Part shown: positions 51,344-62,090 of the stretch, one piece after another | How positions within the stretch are numbered: position 1 is the first letter of the stretch | Layout: each line of letters starts with the position of its first letter | Assembly: GCA_951406725.2 (NCBI GenBank) | Contig: OX597831.1 | Span: 42,346,001 to 42,410,000 of the forward strand | Direction: 5' to 3' | Length of the DNA: 64,000 nt | Source of the DNA: Octopus vulgaris | Taxonomy: Eukaryota | Program-made: the position numbers and the translations under genes | The notes under the pieces: model-generated | Seen by the model: only the letters and a program-made list of their open reading frames with translations | Told to the model about the DNA's origin: nothing | Databases searched by the model: none

Positions 51344-52012
51344 AAAACAAAAAAGCATTGGTAATGAAAAACGCAAAGGAAAGACAAGGATTTATAAATT
51401 CAATTGTAAAAGTTTTGTTTGATCTATCCATATTTATTTTTATTAATTTTTTTTTATTTAATTATGTTTTATCATTGATCTGTTTTATTTACCTATTTGT
51501 TCTCGTGTTTGATTCCCTGCTCCCACTCCAAATATATTAAGCCATACCTTTGGATCCTACTCGTTTGTTAACGAATATATCTTCATGTGTATGTAATCTT
51601 TATGGGTGTATCTGTTCATGTATATATACACACACACGCACACACAAACATTTTAAGGAATTCAGAAGATGACACTACAATAAATAATAGTTGTTAGTTT
51701 GCTCTCATTGTGCGTGCGTGTGTGTGTATAAGGCAATCAACTGGAAGAATTCATGTTCAAAATGGTAAATTGTGTAGATAGTTCTTTACAATATATTTTT
51801 TGTTTCTTCTCTGATACTCAAAGTTTCCTGTTGGCAGAGGTCTGCTCATTTTTCAACCACAGTTTGAAATATGAATGGCACTCCAGCATTGACGGTGATG
51901 TGGCACACCTTTGGTACCTATGAAGTAACAAAAATTTTATTTCATGGGTGTGTGCATGTGTGTATACATATATATATCCCTCTCTCTCTCTCTCTGAGAG
52001 GCACAAGTACCT

Positions 52013-52044
<32 letters not shown>

Positions 52045-52174
52045 GGCAGTAACTCCCCTCTTACCAAATTCAATCACAAAGCTTGGGACTATAGCAGAAG
52101 ACACTTGCTCAAAGTGCCATGCGGTGGGACTGAACCCGAAACCATATAGCTGGGAAGCAAGCTTCCTAACCACA

Positions 52175-52301
52175 CATACATACATACATACATACATACA
52201 TACATACATACATACATACATACATACATACATACATACATACATACATACATACATACATACATACATACATACATACATACATACATACATACATACA
52301 T
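52175..52301. repeat. (CATA)n microsatellite
   Basis: Direct inspection. Confidence 0.98.
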
Positions 52302-52317
52302 CATATATATATATATA

Positions 52318-52484
52318 AAAAATATAGGGAAGTAACTCTAAAAATGTCTACGATGAGTCAACGATTTAAAAAAAATTTACCATATTTTTCCCATTTTTTT
52401 TGCTATTTTTTGGCTATAACTCTCTAAAAATGCTTTATAGTTATTTCCCTTACAAACCCGAGCAACGCCGGGCGATACTGCTAG
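52318..52484 (+). mobile_element. Short Helitron or Helitron 3' end
   Basis: Ends caaacccgagcaacgccgggcgatactgCTAG|T, nearly identical to the terminus of 45970-46342. Confidence 0.75.
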
Positions 52485-52837
52485 TATATGTATAAAAGAC
52501 AGAGAGAGAGAGAGAGAGATACTTGAAAGGCAAGTGACTTGAGCTGTGACCTTGTGTTGCAATTGTTTTTCATTTTTGCCATCTTCAAACACCCAAAAGC
52601 TTTTATAATTATTTTCCATTTACATGTTGGGATGTTAAATTTTTCGCCACACCACTATGAGCTGGTTTCTTATATAGTTTCCACTATGAATGCTTGAGGA
52701 ACTGTGTCAAGGAGTAGACTGCAGTGGTATCACAAACATCTTGATATCATAAGGAATAAAAGGAAAGTGAATTTAGCTGTTTTTGTATTTTTAGCTGGTT
52801 AATAGGTCTTCACTGATAACATATGTACATATATACT

Positions 52838-53168
52838 CAATGGCTCAGTGGTTAGAGCGTCGAGCTTACGATCGTGAGGTTGTGAGCTCGAATCCTGGAC
52901 CGGGCTGCGTGTTGTGTTCTTGAGCAAGGCACTTTATTTCACGTTGCTCCAGTTCACTCAGCTGTAGAAATGAGTTGCGACGTCACAGGTGCCAAGCTGT
53001 ATCGGCCCTTGCCTTTCCCTTGGACAACATCGGTGACGTGGAGAGGGGAGGCCGGTATGCATGGGCGACTGCTGGTCTTCCATAAAACAACCTTGCCCAG
53101 ACTTGTGCCTCAGAGGGTATTCTCTAGGTAAACCCATATATGCCTGACCGAAGGGGTCTTTACCCTAT
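52838..53168 (+). mobile_element. SINE family C-related, well-preserved copy
   Basis: tggctcagtggttagagcgtcg...gctcgaatcc tRNA-like head; conserved ttgagcaaggcactt...ccagttcactcagctg domain. Confidence 0.85.
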
Positions 53169-53366
53169 TACTCATGTATATATATATATATATATATATA
53201 TAGTGGTTGTATAAAGTCAACATAACGTGACAGTCCCGTAAAGGGAATTACATCACCGCTATATAGCCCTAGGAAGCATCGACGCTTCCTGTCGGCTTTG
53301 ACACATTTGCTGTGTCCTTATATTTGCAATGGGGAGGCAAGCACCCCCACCAGCCAGAACTAGCAA

Positions 53367-53412
53367 CCTGGAGACATGCATGTTTCTGGGTCTTGCCCGT
53401 CGTCAGTCCAGG
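53367..53412 (-). ncRNA. Type I hammerhead ribozyme with intact core (Penelope-like/retrozyme type)
   Basis: Minus strand: cctgga-CTGACGA-c ggg caaga ccc a-GAAA-catgcat-GTC-tccagg. 6-bp stem I extends to 53320-53460; palindromic stem III ACATGCATGT; GUC triplet. Confidence 0.85.
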
Positions 53413-53705
53413 GTAGCATGTCCTAGCTAGTGATGATACTTACCAGGCCTTTGCAAATATATCTATTTACAGTGAAATTTATTCACTGGTCACCATAATT
53501 AGAAATATATATATGTATATATATATATGTGATAGTTGTACATTACACTTAATTATTGTATCTGTTAAAATTCTTTTGTTGTTTCTTAATTGTAATTGAT
53601 ATATAATTGAATAAATAACACTCACACTCATAATACATAGGCATTTAATTTATATTTTTACAATCCAGCTGTCCTTTCACACGGAATTTCGTCTATCTTT
53701 AAACT

Positions 53706-53782
53706 GTGACTGACGAAACTTATATATAAAGGAATTGTTTATATATCAAAAAATGTAAATAAGTCGAAACAAATTGTTGGCC
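53706..53782 (+). ncRNA. Hammerhead-like motif with poor stem I
   Basis: CTGACGA-a acttat...ataagt c-GAAA-caaatt-GTT; stem I does not pair. Confidence 0.4.
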
Positions 53783-53873
53783 TTTTGATGTTTTAATAAT
53801 TGTTTATGTTATCCTATATTATGATACATTATAATATGAATAAATTCTTGGATTGTCAATTGTATCTCTCTAT

Positions 53874-53970
<97 letters not shown>

Positions 53971-54649
53971 GTGTTTGTATGTGTGTGTGTGTTGCTGCAG
54001 AAACATTTATAAAGAATAAAGACATTCAGATTTTGAATAAACATTTTCTCCTCTTACATTATGTGTGTGTGTATATATAGTGTGTATTGACAATGATAGG
54101 CACAAAGGCTCTATATATAGTATTTGCACATAGATACACATACTAATATATGGCAACGACAACACACCAATGCTGATAGTTTTTTTGATTGAAGCACCAA
54201 ACATTTCTGAATTTGTTCCTACACTGTGACTCAGTCATTGGTTATCTGTGTTTATGTGATGTGTTACTTGAAAGAAAGAAAGAAAGAAAGAGAGAGAAGG
54301 AGAAGACGATTATTTCCTTGCTCAAGAATGTACATTTGCTCTGAATATGTATGTCTGTATGTCCCATTATTCAGTTTTATTTCAAGATTTCTTGCTAATA
54401 GAAAAAGAGCCGACTTCTGACCTTGATCCAAGGCTCTTTCATTGGAATTTCAACATCAAGAACAGGTTATTTTTGTTTGTTTGTTTGTGTGTATGTATTT
54501 ATGTATATGTGCAGATTTGTACGTTTTGTTTTATGTATGTATTCTCATGCATATAGTTGCACATCTAGACCTACTCATATATACTTAAAGGATAAACTTC
54601 TCGAAAGTTTTACAGATTTTTACAGTTCCAGTGATGGCATGGATCTGTA

Positions 54650-55340
54650 GTCTTAGAATCAGCTTTCTCTTTTCTGGTTTTGAGAAGCCTAATTTCTCAA
54701 GTTTGATATTTAGGCAGTGTGTTACATATCCCAGGGCCCTAATAATTACATGTATAAACCTGAACACCTGAACTTGTAATCTGGATAGAGTAATTGCAGA
54801 TTTCTCAATAGTTCAGCATAGATATTCTTTTTATCACTAATCTTCGGCTTTATGCCAACATCTGCTGGGCAGCTAATTTCCACAACTGTACACAGTTTCT
54901 TTTCTGTATCTTGAATCATTATATCAAGTCTGTGGTGCTTACATTTTATTGAGGGTTTTACTAGGACATTCCACCAGCATTCCTTTTACCATACTGTGGG
55001 TTCTTATTTCTTTGTCCTCGGAGTTATTCCTCCAACGGATTTCATTATATAGCGTCCTAGCTACAACATCATGTCTCATTGGTAGATAATACTGTGATGA
55101 CATTTTCGGACAACTGCTTATGATGTAGGGGATATCTTAGGTGTTAACTCCACAAAGTCTGCATTAGTTGTTGACATTTTACTGCTTTTCCTGCATCTCC
55201 GTCCCATTTGTGCATCAGGTAGTTGGTTGATATTTCCTGTTCCTGGATTGCAAACGCATACCATTCAAAGTGGGCCATGAGAAATTGCTCTGATGGTCAA
55301 TGTTACTATCATCTACTAACGTATCCATGCTTAGTCTTCT
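54650..55340 (-). mobile_element. RLE-type non-LTR retrotransposon (R2/R4-like) C-terminal fragment
   Basis: Minus translation gives zinc knuckle CRLCGVN..DI.YIISSCPKM..YYLPMRHDVVA and RLE WWNVLVKPSIKCKHHRLDIMIQDTEKKLCTVVEISCPAD...KKNIYAEL. Confidence 0.85.
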
Positions 55341-56138
55341 GATTCTGTAACTTTACTTTTCTCTAGATTGGGTATTGGTCCTAAGCAACCATCCCCTTTT
55401 CTTTACTTTTAGGAAGAAGTGGTTGATATTTGTCTGATCTTTGTCCTTTAACTTGTTGAGCATGGGAGCCCCTATCAGAAGCTTATCCTTCAGTGGTGTA
55501 GCACTCAGTGTCATTGAGCGACACAGGCTACCACATTGCAACATGGACTGGACCTTGTGGTGGAAAGCTACTCGTATGGAAATCTTGACCAATACATATT
55601 TCATAAGTCTCCCTGCTTGTAAAAATAGACTAAACTAGAAGACCTTTTTGCCAAACCAAAATAACCATCAAAATTTTATCAGAGACTGTTTTGATGCCAC
55701 TTAAGATATTTGGCCATTGCTAGTCCTTATCAACATTTTAAATGACTCCCCTCAGCACCTTATTTATTGACCGGGCCAGATCAACTCTTCACTTACCTAG
55801 CAAGACTGATAATTATGTAGTTGTATCTACTTAATCTGTCAGAGCTGGAACACTACAAATCAAAAGGTTGTCTGAAGGTTTTCCTTTTTGAGTATCCTCT
55901 CTATCTCTCTCTCTCACACACACACACACACAGGTTTGCTGACATTTATTTCAAGGCTATAGAAAACTTTGCTATCAATGTTTTAAGTTTAGAATGCCCC
56001 CCCCCTTCTTTTTTGCTCTCTTGGTTTATAAACTATACAGTGGTGCCGTAAGGGAAAGATATGTCTGAATTTCTGTAGATTAAGCATACATTGTTTTTGG
56101 ATATATATATATATATCATCATCATATATATATATATA

Positions 56139-56461
56139 GGACCACTCTGTTGGTTGCAACGATGAGGGTCCCAGCTGATACGATCAATGGAACAGCTTGC
56201 TCCTGAAATTAACGTGCAAGTGGTTGAGCACTCCGCAGACACGTGTACCCTTAACGTAGTTCTTGGAGAGATTCAGCATGACACAGTATGTGACAAAGCT
56301 AGCCCTTTGAAGTACAGGTACTATTCATTTTTGCCAGCTGAGTGGACTGGAACAACGTGAAAATAAAGTGTCTTGCTCAAGGACACAACGCACTGCCGGG
56401 AATTGAACTCACGACCTTACGATCATGAGTCGAATGCCCCTTAACCACTAAACCATGCGCC

Positions 56462-56464
<3 letters not shown>
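56139..56464 (-). mobile_element. SINE family C-related
   Basis: Minus head gaaggcgcatggtttagtggttaagg...gagttcaattccc; gtgtccttgagcaagacact domain. Confidence 0.8.
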
Positions 56465-56510
<46 letters not shown>

Positions 56511-56847
56511 GCAAGATGAAATTGAATGGCACTAAGATGTATTAAGCATAATAGAACGATTAGATTGAGTTGGCATTAATGACATTATATAAGTAATACA
56601 ACAAAAAAGTTTAGCAAATTAAATTGGAAGGTAAGCCAACTTAAAAGACACACACACACACACACCTTGTATTACAAATCTTGCCAAAATTGACTTTGTC
56701 TTTCTCTGAGGTTGATGAAATAGGCCAGTTAAGTATTGGGGTTGATGTAATTGACTCTTCTTATAAATGTGATACCCTGTCTAGCTCAGAGACCAATGCT
56801 ATAAATGAATAAAACAATGCATATGTATGTATGCAGGTAGGTGTGCA

Positions 56848-56894
<47 letters not shown>

Positions 56895-57133
56895 CTATGT
56901 ATGTGTGAGTATGGTACTAAGAAATGTAGAAAACATATTTACTATTTCAAACTTTATATAGCATAGTCATATTTCTGTGAGCCATACACTGTTGTGTAAG
57001 CTGATTGGTGTTGTTGCACAAACCGATTGGCTCATTTCTTCAGTATTAGCAGCAAACCTATAGGAGTGTAGTGGGGAACTGTTTATGGGGTGCAAACCTA
57101 TAACGAATGTGTCTTGCCTCTGAACACATTTTT

Positions 57134-57480
57134 ATATTTTTCGATGCTGTTGTTGTTATTATTTTTATTATATCATTATTATTTTTTTTTCAGGGCACTT
57201 CCTGGAATCAAACTTGGAATCTTGAGGCTACTAACCCCAAGATTCCAAGTTTGGTTCCAAGCAGTGACTTGAATAATAATAATAATGATAATAATAATAA
57301 TAATAATAATAATAATATTAATAATATTAATAATAATAGCATCGAAAAATACCTTAAGAATGAGAACCCAGGTTCAAAGTTTCCCCAGGACACCTGAAGA
57401 AGGCTGGAGTGTATATCAGCCGAAACGTTGTGTTAACAACAAATAAGATGAAGACAAATATCCATCAAATGTAAATAATG
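57134..57480 (+). mobile_element. Hammerhead-bearing repeat with an upstream fold-back and (TAA)n
   Basis: Hairpin 57204-57259 (ggaatcaaacttggaatcttg / caagattccaagtttggttcc); outer inverted repeat tatttttcgatgct / agcatcgaaaaata. Confidence 0.7.
57389..57434 (+). ncRNA. Minimal type I hammerhead ribozyme (stem III reduced to the palindrome AACGTT)
   Basis: gacac-CTGAAGA-a ggctg gagtgtatat cagcc-GAAA-c-GTT-gtgtt. Confidence 0.8.
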
Positions 57481-57632
57481 TTCATAATTTCCCATCTTTC
57501 AAATATTGAACTGTATTATTCTACTATTACACCAAAGCAAGCTTCAAAAATTTTTTCTTCTTAAGCTTCGTTCTTATCAACATCAATTGTATGCTGTTTA
57601 CACTATAAAAATATGAAATAAATCCTTTTTAA

Positions 57633-57852
57633 TCCCTTAGCATTCAGATTACTCTGTCAAATGCAATGCTTGTTCATTCACATTGTTTTGAATTAATCAC
57701 GCATTATCTCATAGCTTCAAAATTTTGATAATTTGATTGTTTATTTTTAGTATGACATTGTAGGGTAGGTGTGAGAGGCCAGATTTAGCCAGTGTGAACA
57801 TAAAACTGGTAAAATATTTCAGCTGGATATGGCCAATTTAAATCTTAAAAGA
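57633..57852. mobile_element. piggyBac-type MITE
   Basis: TTAA flanks; same family as 22911-23132. Confidence 0.8.
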
Positions 57853-57961
57853 TTAATGGTGAACAGAACTTGAAGTAGATAAAGCTATGTGTGTGTGTAC
57901 ATTTGTGCGTATGTAGAGACACATGCATCTGGGTATGTATGTTAGAATGTATGTTGCAGAT

Positions 57962-58191
57962 AGGTGGCGAGCTGGCAGAGACGTTAGCACGCCGGGCGAA
58001 GTGCTTCGCGGTATTTCGCCCGTCGCTACATTCTGAGTTCAAATTCCGCCGAGGTCGACTTTGCTTTTCATCCTTTCGGGGTCAATAAATTAAGTACCAG
58101 TTACGCACTGGGGTCGATGTAATCGACTTAATCCGTGTGTCTGTCCTTGTTTGTCCCCTCTATGTTTAGCCCCTTGTGGGTAGTAAAGAAA
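57962..58191 (+). mobile_element. SINE family B, well-preserved full-length copy
   Basis: aggtggcgagctggcagag...gagttcaaattcc head plus Nin/Deu-like tttcatcctttcggggtcaataaattaagtaccag core. Confidence 0.85.
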
Positions 58192-58659
58192 CGTATGTTG
58201 AAGAAAAATTGACTGAAAACCATTTTGGTCAGAAAAAACGAAAAAGTGGCATGTTCATTAATATTTCTGTTTCTTTCAAAGAAATAGGTTTAAAAAAAGA
58301 CAATGATTTATTGACATTGGAATCAACTGTTACAATGATTTAAAGTGTTAAAATTCGGAAATTGTTAGAGTATAAATCAGAGTTGACAGATTACAAATTA
58401 TGTACACAACTTGTCATGAAGCTTAGGAAATAATTTGAGATAAGCGTATAATAATTAACATTCAGTAGCATTTCTCACTGTCTCTAGTTTGCATCTCCAT
58501 GCTAGCATGGCTTAATTTTTCTGAGTGAGTGTTTTACAGTGGAATACCCCTTCTTGTCACTAACATTTTCAACACACAGAGATGGGATGTACCTGTTCTA
58601 AAACTCTCAAATGGGAACCACCTCACAAATTTGTGTCTCTCAGAAAGATATATCTTTTT

Positions 58660-59068
58660 GCCTTTTACTTGTTTCAGTCTTTAGACTGTGGCCATGCAGA
58701 GGCACCGCTTTCAAGAATCTTTTAGTTGAGTGGATCAACACCAGTGCTTATTTTTATTTCAAGCTTGGTATTTATCTTGTTGGTCTCTTTTGCTGAACCA
58801 CTAAGTTACAGGGATGTAAACACACCAATACTGGTTGTCAAGAAGTGGCAGTGAGGGACAAACACATACACATATATATGACGGCAGTGGCAGTGGGGGA
58901 CAAACACATACACATATATATGACGGGCTTCTTTCAGTTTCTGTGAAATGCACTCACAATGCTTTTGTCATCTTGAGACTATAGTAAAAGACACTGGCCC
59001 AGTGTGCCACACAGAGGGACTGATCTTGGAACCTTGTGGTTGGGAAGCAAACTTCTTACCACACAACC
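58660..59068 (-). mobile_element. SINE family A with a short internal duplication
   Basis: Similarity to 2375-2718; gtggcagtg.gggacaaacacatacacatatatatgacgg x2. Confidence 0.8.
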
Positions 59069-59285
59069 TATGCTGGACATGTAATGATTAAATGAAGTTA
59101 ACTGTTTTAAGTATTAGCCAGTAGTATCCATTAGCTTGTTCTGGTCATGTGAATTTGTTAGGAAATAGGTGGCATGAAGAAGTTGTGCAGTGCATCAATG
59201 TCCACCTATATTTTTACAATATTGTATTATTATATATGGAGTTACAGAACATGATTTTATATGTGTGTGTGTATATATGTGTATG

Positions 59286-59320
<35 letters not shown>

Positions 59321-59501
59321 ATGTATGTATATATATGTGTATGTATGTATATATATAATTGTTATCATCTACCACATACTGAAGTAGCTGAGAGATGTAA
59401 CTTATATATGGAGAGAGAGAGAGATAAATTTCTGTGTGTGTGTATGCACACACATATACTTCCATACATGTGCATATACATGTGTGTGTGTGTGTGTATG
59501 T

Positions 59502-59533
<32 letters not shown>

Positions 59534-59713
59534 CAAGTAATCCAATAGTACTCATAAAGAAGAAAAAAATAACTTGATGTGTCATTCTACAAAACATATA
59601 GAATATATAGTACACTACATGAGAAAACAATGAGTGATTAAAGCCATAAATGACAGAGAAACGGTTTGATGAAATTTTATTTAACAATAAGAAAATTCTA
59701 TATCGTGACAAAT

Positions 59714-59980
59714 TGTTTTGTAACTTAAAAGCATGTAACTAATTTGTATTATTATATTTAGTTAATTAAATAAATTACTTATATGCCTGTATTAATGGAA
59801 AATGCAAAAAGTCCTTCAGAATAATGCAGGATTTAAGTTATGGCCTGAAGTGAAAGAAAGTCTTTGTTAAAAATTCTGCATCATTTTGAAGGATTTTTTG
59901 CTCTTTGCATTAACGCAGACATGTAAGTAATTTATTTATTATTAAATTTAATTATATAAGTTATTTTAAGTTACAGAACA
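59714..59980. repeat. Fold-back element with ~120-bp imperfect arms
   Basis: aataaattacttatatgcctgtattaatg..gcaaaaagtccttcagaataatgcagga pairs with 59872-59936. Confidence 0.8.
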
Positions 59981-61093
59981 TGATTTTCTATGTCTGTGTG
60001 TATATATGTGAATGTGTGTGTGTGTATATATATGTGTGTGTGTATGTATATATATATATGTGTGTGTGTATATGCATGTATATGTTTGTGTGTATGTATG
60101 TATATGTGTGTGTGTGTATGTATGTATATGTGTGTGCGTTTGTATGTATATATATGTGTGTGTATGTATGTATATATATGTGTGTGTATGTATGTATGTA
60201 TACATATGTGTATGTATGTATGTATGTATGTATACATATGTGTATGTATGTATGTATGTATGTATATATATATGTGTGTGTATGTATATATACATATGTA
60301 TGTATGTATGTATGTATGTATATATATATGTGTGTGTATGTATATATACATATGTATGTATATATATATGTGTGTGAGTGTATATATATATAATTGTTAT
60401 CATCTCCCACATACTGAAGTAGCTGAGAGACGTAACTTATTGAAGAGAATATCTGGAAGTTATGGAAGCCATTTTCCGAGATTATCTATAAATGACTTGA
60501 TTCATTAAGAAATGTTAAATCACTCCATTACAGTCTTCATCAAAATATATTATTTTTAAGAAGCTTGTTATATCATTCTTTCATTACACCTGGTATGGCT
60601 GTTGTATTGCAGTTTTTATTGTTGTTCTTGAGCTTAATTTGTCCTGTTTAATAATGGCAATTTTGGTTATTAAATAGCAATTATGGAAGCTGGTGTACTA
60701 TTTATGAAGTGAAGTTTTATTGAACTTAGCAGGATCGAGGGCTATTAAATAGATAAAGACAATTAAGCATTTCATGTATAATTACTAATTTGCTTGTTTA
60801 TTTATTTATTTATCAGTCTGAAGCATTTAATGGGATTCGAAGTATTGTGATTTTTAAGAATTAATTTGTAAGACTTAATGTTATCATTTTCAAAATTCTG
60901 CAACATGTAGCTTGAAATCTGTCTCTTTAAGAATTCATTTCTTCAGTTTGAGAATTTACACTCTTCAGAATTTTTGTTAGACTGTCATTATGCTTAATCG
61001 TTAATGAACGCTAGTTATCAAAAACCTGTTGACTGTGTTGCCTATCTTGTTTTATGTAGTTCTGTAATTCATGTGGTTTTATATTCCATATGT

Positions 61094-61620
61094 AGAGGCA
61101 CGTGGCTTAGTGGTCAGGGTGTTGAGCTCATAATTGTAAGATTGTGGTTTCAATTCCTGGACTGAGTGATGCATTGTGTTCTTGGGCAAAACACTTCATT
61201 TAACGATGCTCCAGTCCAGTCAGCTGGCAAAAACTATTAATCCTGCGACAGAGTGGCGTCCCATCCAGGTGGGTAATTTATTCGCCATGGAAAGCAGGAA
61301 ACCAGCCCTTGTGAGTCAGTGGGACTTGAGAAGGTACCCATTATGTTAGTTTTACTGTATGCCATATGTGGAGGCACATTGCTTAGTGGTTAGGGTGTTG
61401 GACTCATGATCGTAAGATTATGGCTTCAGTTCCTGGACCAGGCAGTGCATTGTGTTCTTGTGCAAAATACTTATTTCAAGTTGTTCCAGTTCACTCAAGT
61501 GAAAAAAATGAGCAATCCTTCGATGGCCTTGCGTCCCGTCCAGGTGGGGGAATATATACGCCACAGAAACTGGGAAACTGGCCCTATGAGTCTATATAAC
61601 TTGGGAAGAAACTTTACTTT
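61094..61620 (+). mobile_element. Two tandem family C SINEs
   Basis: gaggcac..ggcttagtggt.agggtgttg head at 61095 and 61371. Confidence 0.8.
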
Positions 61621-61749
61621 TGTACTATATGCCATATGCCTGTAGGGTACTCATGTGTTACTATAATCATGTGGTACCATATTTATATGGTCCTGTATTC
61701 ATGTGGCACCATAATTGTATGACAGTACATATATACAGTTATATTAGTG

Positions 61750-62090
61750 TAGGTGTGGCTGTGTGGCTAAGGAGCTTGTTCCCAACCATGTGGTTTCGGG
61801 CTCAGTCCCACTGAGGCACCTTGGGCAAGAGTCTTTTGCTGTAGCCCTGGACTAATCAAAGCTGTAGTTGGAAACTGAAAGAAGCCCATTGTATGTTTGT
61901 GCATATCGTTGTCTTGACATCATGTGATGATTGTGAGTGAGCATCACCATTATTCAAGCAGTGTTGTTCATTTCCATTTTCTTGTGTTTGGCCATGGAAA
62001 ATATTACCTGACTTGGAAACAGGTAAGGGTCAGTGGGAGAAAGGGCCTCAGACCCACACCAGCATGGAAAAGTGAATGTTAAATGATGAT
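61750..62090 (+). mobile_element. SINE with family A head and alternative tail
   Basis: Head as in 43534; tail gtcttgacatc...caagcagtgttgttcatttcc also seen at 37200-37340 and 50085-50205. Confidence 0.75.

Noticed and set aside
52838-52905. tRNA gene (also the other SINE heads)
   Set aside because: No complete cloverleaf; it continues directly into the SINE body and is multi-copy
54391-54454. Exon-like segment as the first long-isoform (DH) exon
   Set aside because: Gives a stop in the required phase and shows no DH similarity in other frames
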